The notes: generated by a model not told the origin, from the letters alone. DNA of 64,000 nucleotides from Anolis carolinensis (GCF_035594765.1 NC_085846.1:12635190-12699189); one strand, 5' to 3'; shown: positions 38,424-52,968, counted from the first letter of the stretch. Made by a program: numbers and translations.

Positions 38424-41400
38424 TCAGCTGATGTAGATGCGGTGGAAATCGTGGGCTCCGAAGGCCGAGTTGCACTTGGGACATTTCCGTTGGCGGGTGT
38501 CATAGCGGGTCTTGACGCAATCGAAGCAGAAGACATGGAAGCATTTGGTGAGGACAGCATCCTTCTTGCGGGTGTTGCAGCAGGGGCAGGTGAGCTTGGC
38601 CTGCAGAGGCAGGAGGGGACACATAGGAGGTGGGAACAGCCCAACAGGAACTGGCATTCCCCATTTGCCAGCACATCTCTACTCCCTGGCACATCCAACC
38701 CTTCCTCTTCCCATCACTCACCTTGTACTCTTTGATCTCCTCCTGCAGGATCTCATCCGCATCCGCATACACCTCCACCTTGCGCTGCTTCTCCAGTTTG
38801 CGCCTCAAGCGAGAGATGTCCTCCTGGGAAAAGGAGGCAAGTCAGTGAGCTCAAAGGCTGGGCAGCATGAAAGAGAATGCCTCTTTATCTGGAAATGTTT
38901 CCCTATAGACATTAACTCTAGTAACATCCTACAGTAGTGGTTCTTTAGCCATGGACCCACTTTTAAATACCTTTTGTGGCGGTGGACCCCCAAGACTTAA
39001 GATTTAAGGCTCTAGACTGCATCGAATAATTACTTAAATTTTCTCATGAAAGCCCTTCAAATTTAGAGAGAAGGAGATGTAAGTCAATCTGTTAAGGCAC
39101 CCACTCCTGTTATAATAAAGTATTTTGTTTATAATTCCATATAATAATGATACTACTACTCCTTCCACTGGTACTAGTAATTATAATAACCACAATAGTA
39201 ATAATGATATTAGAATGAGGGCGGGTTAAAACGCCTTGCCTCCTGTGTCGTGAAAACGTTACTGAACATATAACAGCAGAAGTTGCTACAGATCATAGCC
39301 TGAAGTATCCTCTATACAAAACTACCGTTCAACATAGCCAACATCAATTTGTACACATTTGCACCATCATTTAACCCAGGCATCAAAACTATTTTGGAAA
39401 CATTCAGTGTCTTGCTTTGTAACCCAGTGTCTTGCTTTGACAACCTACGCAGTTTCAGATTCAATGACTTGAATGACGTTAAAATCATGAGTCATGAAAC
39501 AAGACCCCTGAAGTTTAAAAAAGTTTTATTATTTATTAGCAACATTTATATCCCACACTTCTCACCCCAAAGGGGACTCAGGGCGGTTTACAAGTATATA
39601 TACATAAAATATATTATATTATACGACTATATTGCAATACTATTAGTAATATTGCATGTAATATAAATATAATGAATCATAATTATTATTACATTGTATC
39701 AGATAGCATAGGAAGGGGTTAACATCCCTGTAACATCTGTTTTGCTCTGTGCTCCTGTTCAGAAGGTATGGCCTCACTTTCTGTCCCTGTGCTAAATGGT
39801 TTTTTGAAAAAAACTGGCTTGTTGTGGAAACAAGGATTGGTGATAAAGCTTCAGTGGAGACCCCTTTTCCCCATGAGTGAATCTCCCTTTCTAAAGGTAA
39901 ATTTCCTCTCACTTCCTGTTGTCCAACCCCCGTTTGAAAGTAGAAGTCGGATGAATGTTGGATGTTTGTAACCTGGGGACCGTCTGTGCTTACTATACAT
40001 ATTTCAGCAGGGCAGGACCTCCCCCATTGTACCTGAGCTCTTTTGAGGTTGAAGGACTCCTTCTCCTTGGCAGCCCGATTCTCAGCCATACAGGTCTGGA
40101 TTTCCTTCAGTTTGCACTGCACATGCTCCAGCTGCACCTTCAGGTCTTCTGCCAACTGGGCAGCTTCCACTGCCTGCAAGGAAAAAGTAGTGCAAATCTG
40201 TAGCCCTCTTTTCAAAGGCACACAACTTAAATTAGTGGCCAACTATGCCAAATTGAGATTGGGTCCTGAATTTAGGAACCTTCGCTTTTATTTCTCTTAT
40301 CGCGTTTCTACCCCCTAAGGCAGGTGTGGGCAAACTTGGGCCCTCCAGGTGTTTTGGACTTCAACTCCCACAATTCTTAACAGCCTCAGGCCCTTTCCTT
40401 TTCCCCCTCAGCTGCCTCCCAACAAAGGATCCCCTCAGGAAGGCATCAGCCAGGCTTTGAAGCTGCAAGGCTTTTCAATGCTAATCAAGGTGATTAATTG
40501 CAATATTAACACTTGCTTCCAACAGACAAGAGTTTTTTCTCCCACCCTGGACCTTCCACAGATATATAAACATCATTGACTTAGTTTCCAATACATCTCA
40601 CAACCTCAGAGGATGCCTGCCATAGATGTGGGCAAAACGTCAGGAGAAAATGCTTCTGGAACATGCCCTGAAAACTTACAGCAATCCAGTGATTCCGGCA
40701 ATGAAAGCCTTTGACAACATAACTCTAATGATGTCTAATAGTGAGGAGTACAGGAGTTGTAGTCCAGCATCTGGCAAACTACATAAAATGACATGGCAGG
40801 CCAGATTCAGAAATGGCCTTGTGTTTACATGTTATCTATGGCAGGATGTTCAGAAGAGCCATTCACCTGCAAAAACCTGGTTCTGCATATGTGTCATCTT
40901 TGGTGTTGTGGAGCACTACTGATTATGTCACTCAAATAACAATCCCATTTGTTCCCACACGAGTTCCCACAGCTTATCTTGTTTCTATCCCACCTAATTG
41001 GAAAGCCTCCTCACCTTCCTCTTGTTGAGCTCCAGGGCCTGGCTGCGCAGGGTGAGCTCCTTCTCGACTGTGGCCAGGTTCCCCTGCAGAACACGCTCCT
41101 TCTCCTCCAGCTTCTGCACCACCAGCAGCTGGGTGTCAACCTAAGCAAGGAAGCCAAGGCCACAAGCCTGAGGACAGGCACACCTCCAGCAATGAAGCCT
41201 TTGGAAATGAAGCTTTCTTTTTACAAAGGTTTTCCAGACACGAATGGGTATGGATTAGATTGAAGATGAACTACTTAGGTTGCTAACAGAAGGTTCACTG
41301 GAGCCAAAATAATACATATTTACAGCAGAGAGCAGATCAACTCTGCCAGTTTGGAGAGGGAGAGACAAAGGAAGTGGTTTCAAAGCTCACTCCAAACTCA

Positions 41401-44400
41401 GTAAGGTATTTATTCAGAATAGTTTGCTAAAGCATGTTTAACTTTCTCCATTTCTAGCAACCTGTTTTTTTCCTTCCATGTTATTTATGCCTCCCCTACC
41501 AAATGTTTCATTAAAGACGTAATCCCCAATCATATTTACTTCATTAACTAAGTATACAGTTGTCCCTCCACATTTGTGGGTTTGACTTTTGTGCATCTGA
41601 TTATTCACAGGTTTGATTAAAATATTCTCTCTAGGAATATCTAGGTCCTCTTGTGTGCCTCTAGGGTCAATTTCCACTGGAACCTGACCACAGTGCATGC
41701 TGGTAGACTGAGAGATTCCCAGAGAGGACAGTTCTCCAGACATTTTTTGGTCCTCCAGAGCAATTCTGTGATCAGCTTCAAGTAGAAGTTTACCTCAGTC
41801 AAATCAAAGGAACTAGATATTCCTAAAGCATTATTTAATTTGTGCATTTCACTCTAACCCCAAGTGAATGTGGAAGGCTGATTATACACGTAAATTCAAA
41901 ATGGCTATGACTAATCTTCAAAAGCATAATCTACCCTATTTTCTCCAATCACTCCCACAAAAAAACTCTGCAAATTCAGCACCAACCTGAGATTTGAGGG
42001 CCAGCACCTGTTCAGCTAGCTCATCTTTCTCTTCACGCAGCAGCTTGTGGATCTGATTGGACTTGATGCGCTCCGACATTAGCTTGAAGTTGGCATCATC
42101 CTTTTCACGCAGCTGCTGGTTCAGCCTCATGTTTTGCTCTTGCATATCCTCAAAAGCCTGGCCTGTGACGTCCATTTCGGACAAGAGCGCCTCTTCCTCC
42201 TGTCCCACAGACAAAAACAAGTGTTTATTTGGGCTTATGTGCACTGTGTTATGTATGGAGAGCACCAATCAGGTCCAAACCTACTGGCACCCACAAGGCA
42301 TCCTCTCACAGACAAAATACCTGCTTGGTTGCAGCCAACTTTTTCTGCAAGTGCTCAATTTGCTCCTCAGCCAACTTGATCTTTCGCAGAGCATCTTCGT
42401 CAGCCATTTTCTTGCTCTCCTTTTTTTCCTTCTCCTCCAGCTCACGGATCCTCACCCGCAGCTCCTCCACCTGCAAAGGCAATCATGTCAAGAAAAAGAA
42501 AAGATCTCTTTCATGCTTTCTCTCTTTCACACACATATACTATTAATATGGCTCCGCCCAGCCCACTATGTGATACTATAATCAAAAAGGCAAACTACAA
42601 ACCTAGTTTTAAAAAAGCAAAACAAGACATCTTCTGAGGGACCTGAGCTATTCTTAGTAAAGAACGACTTCATATTTCCCTTTCATGTCACCTGGCTCAA
42701 AGGTGGGCAAAGTACAGCCTTCCAAAGGCTTGATTTTACAATCTGCAATCCCCCTGCATTCATTTGACTGCCCTTTTTCTGGACCTTGAAAAGAGGAATA
42801 ATTATCACTCCTCAAAACTTTGAGCAGCAATTCGCCCTTTTAACTAGGTTGCAAGAGTCTTGTGCACTGTTTGACATCAGAAATACTTGTTTTTTTAAAA
42901 CTGAACACCTTTAAAACTTCCAACTTAATGCAGGGATATTGTGGGAAAACAGTATGGCCCTTTGAAGATCCCAGGAACACAGCTGCACACCCCTGGGCTA
43001 GAGCAATGGAAATGTAGAGTGCAGAAGAATTACAATTTTGGGCAGAAAGGCACCTCCTGTGCAAGCCTCCTCCTCCTCACCTCGGCCTTTGTCTTCTTTT
43101 CTGCTGCCATGAGCTGGACCTTGTCCCGCTGCTCTTTGGGGGCAGACTTGTACATATCCAGGAGGAGCTTCATCTCTTTCTGACTCTCCTGTGCCTTTCT
43201 GGGGAAGGAAGGAAGCAACAGCAGTATGAAGGAAAGCCCCTCTCAGCCCAGCATGCCAAGATTTTTCTCAATTCCAACCACTGGATCCCAAGTTGTAAGA
43301 ACTTACTTAGAAAGAATACGCAATGCAAGGGTTGCTTTGGGGCCCAAGAGAGCCATTAAAATTATGTGAATACAAGAAAAATTTGTAGCTATATGACAAG
43401 AGACATCTAAGAGTGATGAAAATGACATGGAAGTTCTAGTCCGTAATTGTATTTGAGACTTTTCTCACAAAAAACACTAATAGCCAAACCACTTTTAGAT
43501 CCTAAAATCTTCAACCTCTAGGGCAGAGCTATCAAAACTATGTGTAGCAACATGTTTATGTGTCGGATGTAGGGTGTAGGTGTGTGGCACAAATGTAATA
43601 AGAAACCGAAATAAGCAATAATATATTTTTTAAAATATAAATGAAAGGTTTTCATGCAACAAGTTGTATCCCCATTTTTTCGCTATTACAATTTATGTAT
43701 GTGTATGTTTCCAATCTCCCCCGGTGGCGAAGTGGATTAAACCGCTAAGCTGCTCAACTTGCTGACCGAAAGGTTGCCGGTTCGAATCCAGGGAGCAGGG
43801 TGAGCTCCCATATTAGCCCCAGCTTCTGCCAACCTAGCAGTTCGAAAACATGCAAATGTGAGTAGATCAATAGGTACTGCTCCAACAGGAAGGTAACAGC
43901 GCTCCATGCAGTCATGCCAGCCACATGACCTTGGAGGTGTCTACGGACAATACTGGTTCTTCAGCTTAGAAATGGAGATGAGCACCAACCCCTAGAGTCA
44001 GACATGACTAGACCTAATGTCAGGGAAAAACATTTACCTTCACCTATGTTTTGAAAGCTCTGCTCTAGGGAATATTTATCCTCAAACATCTTCCAAGAAT
44101 CCTCCACAACACTCACTTGAGTTCAGTCCGCAGCTGTTTCAGCAAATCTGAATCCTTCTTTTTGGCATCCTCACTACCCTTCTGTTTCTCCCGGTCCCGT
44201 GAGGATGAGGAGGAGGAAGATGACGATGATGAAGAGGCTTCTTTGTCTCGATCCCGGGACCTCTCACGATCCACGCTTCGGTCGCTACCCCGTCCCTTGG
44301 ACCTCTCAGGCTCCTTGATTCGGGGAGGCGGGGGCAGCTGTGGGGCGGGTGGTTGGGAGGCAGGGGGCTCCTCTTCCTCCTTTTTCACCCCCTCATGGCT

Positions 44401-47400
44401 CCCAAGTGGCTGAGTGACTGGCTCTTCTTTGGGCTCCTTCTTGATTTGAATCTCCTTGGGCTCCTTCTTCACTTCAGGATGGGCTGCCCCCTCTTCCTCT
44501 TTTATTGTGGCTCCCCCTGGGGGTCCGTGCATCCCTCCAGGGTCTTCATTTCCTGCTGTGGGGGGCGGAGGTGCTGAACTAGAAGAAAACCCACTCTGCT
44601 GCATCCGAACCTAAAGGCAGAAAGATTTAATATGGCTTACAGCTTTCCTTCATGGCACCTGTAAAATGCTCATTTCCTACTGAATTAAGGGTACTTAATG
44701 CTGACTGAAAGATAATGGGGAATTTTTCTGGTGAGAGTAAAAAAGGTTGGGAACCTTATCAGCCAAAAGGAGCGTCAACGCAAAAAAAGCCACAGCTGCT
44801 CCACACTCAGATCTATCATACACTGCCTGACATCCTATTGATAGCATATAGGTCAACCTTATGCCCAGAAGGCAGTGCAGAGGTTGGGATGTTTTTCTTT
44901 TCATGCACTGATCAAAATTTCCATACTTACAAACTCTTCCACCACAGCTATTTTGCGTGTATTGAAGAGTGGAAGGGGCATCTGCTATGACCTCATAATC
45001 AGATACAAAATGATAACATATTCTGCTGAAATCTCTGGAGAACCTCAGATGATGTAATTATTGGGCATCTAATTATAGAGATATAACTAGGAACAAAATG
45101 GTGGGAAGGAGGTGGGCTGCTAAGACTACCGTTAATCTGGGGTTGGTTAATGTCCAGCTGTAAGCATTACTACAATATACTGAGTCGCACAGGAAGCTCA
45201 GCATTATGTGCTTTTGTCAAAGTTACCTAATGTACTTTCTCAGGATTCATCTCAGCCTTTTAAAAAAAAATGGGAAAGAAGACTTTCTGGAGTCTCTCTC
45301 CATCCCAGACCCACCTTGTTGATCTCTGCCTGCACTTCCCGGAGCTTACGCTTGTAGCGCTGCACATCACCCTTCAGCTGGTGGTTGTGGTTCTGGAGGC
45401 TGCTGATCAGGTGACGCATCTCTCTATTGATGGGACCTCCAGTTCAAAATTGGAAGAGAGAAGAAAAGAGGAGAGACAAAGAAATGGAAGAACTTAGCAC
45501 GGCCATGGGAGCAAAAGTAGTGAACCCACCATAAATGGGAAAATTGAAAGAAGGGAGGGAGATTATTAAGATCAAGGCTTCTTAAACTGTGCATCCCGAG
45601 CCCAAATGGGGTCCCCTTAGCTCATTGTTGGGGTCCTGAAAAAGTTTTCTGAATGTCATCTAGTGGCTGCTTTCGACCTTTACACAAATTACCAGTGTTT
45701 ACAGTGGACCCTGCAGAAGATGATTCAGTTGTACTTTGTAAAAAGAAAAATCAGCCTGTTTAGCAAGCCTTGCAAATGCTGATTTGTTATCAGTGATTTT
45801 TTTTATACCTATTTAATACACTTTTATACCCCGGTCACCTAAAAATTTCTCAGGCCAAAAGGGGTCCCAAGAGGAAAAATTTAAGAAGCCCTGGTTTAGA
45901 TCATAAAAAGCAGCTGGTCTTTGCAGCTGCTAGGAGGTGGGAGGTGTTTGGATGGAATGCAAAGCCAAGAAAATAGCCCTCTGTACCTCATCTAAAAGGG
46001 ATGTTTGCATGTATAAGTCACTAAAAGATTGCCAGCATTTATGTTGTTCAATTCTCTTCTGTGTTTGTGTTCACAGCTAAAATGGGGCATTAACTCATCT
46101 CAAGGGACACAGAGGAGAGAGGGAAACTTGCCCAAAATAGATCATACTGTGACATACATATGGGATGAGGAAATACTTGTTCACATGTGTACCATTGAGC
46201 CCCAACAATAAGCTGTGCGCTCACCTGCTTGTTCATTGGCGGCCAGGTTCTGCTCAAACTCAATGCGCAGCATTTCATACTCTTTGCGCACCTGAGCCAG
46301 TGTGTCTTCTAGCTGGATCACCTCTGTCCGCAGCTTCTTCTGAAGGTTCAGCTCATCACTCTAATGCCACAAAGAAAGACAAAAGGTCACTAACATGGAG
46401 CTAGTCAACAGATGATCCCAGTATGTCTTTCGCCCTTGGAGCATCCAAGGAACTAATTTATATTCTCCTTTTCCTCCTCTAATTTTAAAATGGCGACACA
46501 TGACTTTCTTCCTCCCTACTTTATCCTCACAACAATCCTGCAAGATGGATCAAGTGGAGAGAGCAAGAAGATGCAACAAGTACAAGGACATGACTCATAT
46601 GGATTGGAACCAGGATTTTTCAAGACCTTATCCAGTACCCAATAATACCATACAATAAAACAGGCTTTTAAAAGGTTTGAAATCCTAAAGATAGCATGCC
46701 TTTCTTTCAGTACTCTGACAGGTGGAACACATATGTACACTACAGGTCCCCTCACCTCCATATGCTCAATGTGACGTAGGTGGCTGTTCTTGGTGGTGAG
46801 CAGAAGGGCCCGAGCCTCATCCAGCTGTGTTTTCACTTGCAGGCTCTCATTGTACAGCAGCGAGAACTGAGACTGCAGCACCTTGTACTCCAGCGTCTCT
46901 TTCACTGCCTCCTCGGGCAAACTTCGGAGCGCCACCTGCAGAAGAGGAAGTCAAACAAAAAAATCAACAAGAATTAAATTTGGGTCCATCCACAGTATCT
47001 CCCACTTCACACAAGAACTGAAAGTCTCTTGGACAGTCCCAACTAGTGTAGACCCACTGAATCTATTTTTGAATAGTGAATCAACATGTAGATAAATCTG
47101 ACAGACTCAATGAGTCTACTCAAGTTAGGAATAACAAAAGGATACTGTTAAGAGAGCCAGGAAGTTGTGTCGAATGTGCACATAAAATCACAGTGGCCAA
47201 CATATTCAAGTATATCAGTAAAACCCAACCTAAGAAATGTGTTTTTGCTCATTTTAAAAAACACTGAGATACTGGGTGCACCAGTACGAAGAAATAGAAA
47301 TGCTGTATTACTTATACTGGCTTACACTTTATACTAAGCATGGGAAAAGAATGCCCAATATGGAAATATTTGGACCGAAAGCAAGAGAACTCTGTTTTCA

Positions 47401-50400
47401 CATCTCTGCCAAGACATCCCATCCATCAGCACTACCTTGAGCTTTTCATTGGTCCTAACAGCTTGCTGCATTTCGTGCTGCAGCTTCTCCAACTCTGCCA
47501 TTCGACTATTGGCCAGTTCTTGGTTCTCTTCTAGCTCTGCATTCAACATTTCAAACTGCAAACCCAAACACAAAATAAGTCAGCAAAGGAACAGCAAGGG
47601 GAGCACCATGGAATCCCAAACCCAAGAAATGTCAATGTCTGCACTGTACTTCCTCTCCAGCCATTTTCTCCTGCTTACCTTCTGCATACTGAGTGTGATC
47701 TGCCCACCCTGGAACCCGCCAGAACTGCCAGATGCGTAATAACCAGAATTTAGCTGCCAAAGAAATAAAGAAATGTTTATAACTTTCCAGACCACAACTG
47801 TATTTCTTGAAAATGTTCAATATATATTTAAAACAGGCCTTTCACCACAAAACTAGTCAACAGGGGTCTTCAAACTTTTTAAGTGGAGGGCCGGACTATG
47901 GGGGACTGGACTACGATGAAATAATCCAAAATTAGGATTGTTGTTGTGAGCCTTGAAGTTGTTTCAGATTTAGGTCAACCCTAAGTCTAAATTTTAAGAC
48001 AAGGGCTAGGTAAATGGCCTTGGAGGGCCGCATCCGGCCCACAGGCCTTAGTTTGGGGACCCCTGGGTCACAGCAACAATAGTAAATTTGGCCTTCAGCA
48101 GCAAAAAAAAGCAAGTAAAAATCCCACAAGTATTAGTTTATCTAAACACCGTTCATTATGATGGGAAAGGGAAATGTCCTTGACGTGTCTGAACCAGATC
48201 TCCACTTATCTAAATCTCAGAAGTATTCTTTTAAAAGTCAGTTTTAAAATCTCTAGAGTAGGAGAGGGCAGGGTGCTGCTGATAGTTCCATGGTGTCCTT
48301 CAATGCTCATTTTGTTTCCCACAGGCAGGTCAGAAGACACAGAGCAACGGATTCATACTGCAGGAAAAAAAGATTCCATTTAAACATTAGGAAGAACTTC
48401 CTGACAGTGGAATGTGCTGCCTCAGAGTGTGATAGAGTCTCCTTCTCTGGAAACATTTAAGCAGAGACTGGATGGTCATCTGTCAGGGGTGCTTTGATTG
48501 GTTGGTTCAACTAGATGGCCCTGAATGCCCCTTTCGATCTCTTCCAACTCTATGATTCTAAAAGTATGAAAGCCATAGTCCTCAGAGTAACTTTCCCAAG
48601 TGCCATGTAAGAGCTGTTTTTAGCAAGACGAGTGTTTGTGTGGGTGAGACTGGAAGAGTTCAAGGGCCATCCCAGGCCTTAGCTTGCCTGCTCCAGTGCC
48701 TCAGCCAGGTGCTTGTTCAGCTTCTGTTCCCTCTTGCGCAGCTTCTCTATGTCCCACTGCAAGTCCTCAATTGTTGTTTCCATCTCCAACACTTTGGTTT
48801 CTGATGAAGTCACCTTGTCCTGCAACTCTGTGTACTGAAGAGGCAAAGAAAGAGGAGAGATAAACAGACAAGACCAACATCAGAGGAGTTCCTTCTTCCT
48901 GCCAGCAACAAGCACACAATGCCTCTGGTGATGTCTGAGCACTAGCACCTACCTCCAGGGAGATCTTATGGTGCTTCTCCTGCAGCTGAGTGGTCAGATC
49001 CTGCAGATGCCGGTTCTCTCTCGTCAGGTCCTTGTTGAGAGCCTTCACTGCTTCTTCTAGCTGGTCAAACTCTATTGGAAGGAGCAGGAAGAGATCACCT
49101 AGAATATCCAGCCCATCAATCTCCCTCTACAATTCCTTTCTTAATTCAACCACTGGAGAATAACAACTACTGTTATTCTGTCTTCTATGTAGCTATTCTT
49201 TCTCAGAGTTTAATGAATCATTGCATATTTCCCTTCCCCACATGATACCCAACATGGAGCCTCATATGGCAGGAAACAAAAGATGTGGGGAACACTGATC
49301 CCCTTCTCCAGCAAATGTAGTGCATGGCCTTCTCTAATTTAGCACAAAGAACTCATCCTTTAAAGGCCTGGTTGGCACCAACATTGGTGTCCTCCTGGCA
49401 CTAAGTAAAAACAAGGCACTTGATAAAAAAAACTTTTTGGCTTATCTGATTTCATATACATCTGCAAGTGTGTCTGCAAGTGTGTAGGCTCTTCAGATTC
49501 TCTAACATTGCTTTGACTAATTTTAATAAGTCAGGCAAATCAGTATGTTTTCTGTTTGTTTACATTATATTTTAATGTTCTAAACTGGTTAAATTCATTT
49601 GAGTTCCCACAGCAGAAAATGAGTATTTTAATAACTAAATAAATACTGCCTTTTCTCACCACGAGAATGGATTTTCTGGCAGAGTTCTTCAGTGCCCCGG
49701 TGGATCTTGTCAGAGACTTCCACAATACGTGAAACAGCTGCTTTGGAGAACTCCATGCGCTCTTGAAGCTCCAGCTCGATCTCTTCACTGCTGCTGCTGG
49801 CCAAGGCTGCCAGGAAGGAAAGGGCTGGCTCATTCAGCACAAGGTCCCCTCCTTTCCAAGGGGCAGGAGGAGTGATGGGGGACAGGACTGCCTCTGCAGA
49901 GATCAGAACAACCAGGTCAGTATTGGTCCACTTTCCCATTTCTATCACACTCCAAACAATTCAGAAAGATGGGCTTACCCCTTCTCTCTGATCCCTCTTG
50001 TCCCAGGCCTGAGGGATCCAGCTCCCCTCCTACAATTTCCAACTTGGGTTCTTCTTGGGTCTGTTCACAACTTCCATCATAACGTCTCAGGAGCACTTGC
50101 ACTGTCTCATCGAGCTAGACGAATAAGGAGGGACAAGGAAAGGGAAAGAAATTAACAATAAGAGGGATTCCAAAAGCAGATCTCAACATGGCATATGCCC
50201 CTCTTTTAAAAATGGGTTGAGCATCCCTTATTTGGAATTTCAAAATCCAAAACTGTCTACATGGTTGGCTGGGATACTGACATCTTTGCTTGTGGAATAT
50301 TTAGCACACAAAATTTTGTTTCATGCACACAATTATTTAAAATGTTGTATAAAATTGCCTTCAGGCTACGTGTATAAATCTTATTAAGCTCTTAAGATTT

Positions 50401-52087
50401 CACTGGGTGTTAAAATTACTTGTATCTGCAGACTGGACAAAAAGAAACTTTAGGTAGCAATAAAAAGATTACTCAGGAAGGCACACTGACCTGCTTCCAG
50501 TATCGGTTGACAATCAAGAGAGTGGCATCATCAGTAGCCTGCCTCTTCTCCAGCTTCTCTATGCGCTCGCGTAGTTCGTCCTCAAAGGCCTGCCGTTGCT
50601 CCAAGCGCTCAGCCAACTTCTTGTTCTTGAACTGAAGCACCTTCAGGTCCATCTCCTCCTGCACCCAAAAAGATCCACACACATGAAAATCTAGTATGTA
50701 ATGTAACTCTGCCTTTTCTATCAATCGTTTTATGTTTTATGGTATTTTATCCGCTCATAAGGCAATGCACAATTATGTATCTGAGGTGTGGTGTTTTAGT
50801 TGTTAAATGTTTAACTGCTTGTTGCAGAGAAGAGATTGTGATTCTACAGAACACTTTCTGAAAACATTAACATTTCTCAGGAGCATTTTAGATCAAGCAT
50901 GTGTCATTAGAAGCATAGTCATACAATCTAAGAACAGGTAATGAAATATATAATGACAGATACAAGCATACCATTACTAGAATAAAGTCCTCTCCCATCC
51001 ATAATGCATTCTAAATTTAAATGCGACAGGGCTTCCTTTAAAGAGACTCAGACCAACATGACCTGGCACAATTATTCCCAGCCAATACAATATAAATCAA
51101 TACTTATTTAACCCCATAAGGCACTGGAAGGGGTTGCCCTGCAATACTTATTTCTAAAAATGTCAAACATTTCAGGCTTCTAAACACCAGTGTACAACTA
51201 AATGGTCAGATCAAACACATAGTTTTGATATATGCATGTCAACATCCAGTTTTGAGGAATACTGGAGAACATTTGAGCTCCTGCAATAAGAATAAGTTAC
51301 AATCATCTTCCAGCTATCTTTAGACTATAACCACCATGAGCCCTAGTAGGTACAGCCAATGGTGAACTAGAAGGACAGTAAAAAAAGATATGGAGGACCC
51401 TGCTCTAAATTTTTGGACTACAACTATCACATTTCCTTACCATTGCTCAAGCTGGGAAAGGCTGATAGAAGCTTTAGACAAAACTGTCCCAAAAGTCAAA
51501 GTTCCACATCTCTATTCTAAACGTACCTGGGATTCTATTAATTTTGTCCTTTAATATTTTATATAATTTTGGTAGCATCTATTAAAAATTGATGGTCTTT
51601 TTTTAAGAACTCAGGGCATATTTATAGGAAAGACTTCCCAGTGTTTCTTTCCAGAATTTTGTTTAAAGTCAATTGTCATGGATCAGGGATGAGAATCAAA
51701 CAGCCTACCAGCACTACTCGGCATATCCAATAGTGCAGCAACTATCAATATTCCCTGCTGAAGACTTCACCACCTTCCACTACCTTCCACACATCACTCA
51801 GTACTCTACTCCTTGAATGTTTCCCAGGTTGACAGTATTTCTGAGGAGTGTAGCAAATATTTTTCTCACCTCTTTAGATTAGTGTTATGATTGCAGAACT
51901 GAGTGGTATACAGTCTGAGTGTTTCAAATAAAGTGCTCCACTCCTGAGTGCTCACCGTAGAAGAGATGCCTCCTAACCGGATGGGTTCAATCAAGGTTGT
52001 GGTGGTCTTCTCCTCCCTGTTGGCCTTCTTCTCAGGGGGCCCTGAGCCCCCATCTCCAGCTGCACGCTTACTTGTTGCCCCCGACAT
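38424..52087 (-). CDS. RNF40: E3 ubiquitin ligase BRE1B (H2B monoubiquitination), 19 coding exons, 1029 aa
   Basis: Exons 5'->3': 52087-51956, 50658-50491, 50114-49979, 49893-49660, 49071-48953, 48834-48688, 47753-47679, 47555-47436, 46935-46756, 46360-46225, 45436-45315, 44610-44117, 43198-43081, 42470-42321, 42199-41987, 41140-41015, 40173-40033, 38823-38722, 38600-38424 (3090 nt). N-terminus [37 protein letters not shown] is RNF40-type; long coiled coils; C-terminal [22 protein letters not shown]. Confidence 0.96.
41556..41886. mobile_element. Tigger/pogo-like MITE (older relatives near 12230-12435, 13533-13718, 17045-17377, 31465-31620)
   Basis: TA-CAGTTGTCCCTCCACATT / AATGTGGAAGGCTGATT-ATA imperfect TIR. 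Confidence 0.6.
43718..44044 (+). mobile_element. Sauria SINE, full length
   Basis: GGTGGCG A box, GGTTCGAATCC B box, same body as 1500-1823, TTTACCTT tail. Confidence 0.9.
48310..48560 (+). mobile_element. CR1 3' end (others at 25170-25310 and, interrupted, 7478-7820)
   Basis: TAAACATTAGGAAGAACTTCCTGACAGT..TCTTCCAACTCTATGATTCT. Confidence 0.8.
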
Positions 52088-52179
52088 GGTGACTTGAGCC
52101 ACGGAGTCAGAAGCAGAGAAATCAGCCAATCAGCCAAGGAATCAGTTCTTCAGCTAGAAAAGAAAACCAAAGATAATTA

Positions 52180-52759
52180 TTTATATATTTGTGGAATATC
52201 CAGGGTGGGAGAAAGAACTCTTATCTGTTTGAGACAAGTGTGAATGTAGCAGTTGGCTAGCTTGATTAGCATTAAATAGCCTTGCAGCTTCAACGCCTGG
52301 CTGCTTCCCACCTGGGGGAATCCTTTATTTGGAGGTGAATCAAGGCTAGCTAATCACCTCCCAACAAAGGATTCCCGCAGGCAGGAAGCAGCCAGGCTTT
52401 GAAGCTGCAAGGCTATTTAATGCTAATCAATCTGGCCAACTGCTACAAACACAGATAAGAGTTCTTTCTCCCATCCTGGACATTCCACAGATATATAAAC
52501 CCCACTTGCCTAGTTTCCAACAGACCTCACAACCTCTGAGGATGCCTGCCATAGATATGGGCGAAAGGTCAGGAGAGAATGCTTCTGGAACATGGCCATA
52601 CAGCCTGGAAAACTCGCAGCAACCCAATAATAATGATGATAACAATGATAACTGTTGTTGTTATTACTATAATTGTCTATTTTATGGATGGGGTTGATTG
52701 GGACCTATGAATTTATACTGACATTTTGTTGGCACAAATGATTTTAATGTGTTTTAAAT

Positions 52760-52791
<32 letters not shown>

Positions 52792-52968
52792 GTGTTGTAG
52801 AAGGCTTTCGTGGCCGGAATCACTGGGGGCTGGGCTGTGAGTTTTCTGGGCTATATGGCCATGTTCCAGAAGCATTCTCTCCTGACGTTTCGCCTGCATC
52901 TATGGATGCCTGCCAGGCGAGAATGCTTCTGGAACATGGCCATACAGCCCGGAAAACTCACAGTATCC
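52180..52968. mobile_element. Two Penelope-like inverted units in RNF40 intron 1 (52180-52626, 52793-52968)
   Basis: Same family. Unpaired copies at 24420-24770, 28724-29052, 31234-31370, 35925-36183, 40414-40720. Confidence 0.85.
52533..52573 (+). ncRNA. Minimal type I hammerhead ribozyme motif (Penelope-borne), best-preserved copy
   Basis: CCT-CTGAGGA-stem II (GCCTG..TGGGC)-GAAA-G-GTC-AGG: conserved CUGANGA, GAAA and GUC, with CCT/AGG closing stem I. Confidence 0.65.

Noticed and set aside
43718-43800. tRNA genes
   Set aside because: A/B boxes belong to SINE heads that continue into SINE bodies; no complete cloverleaf.
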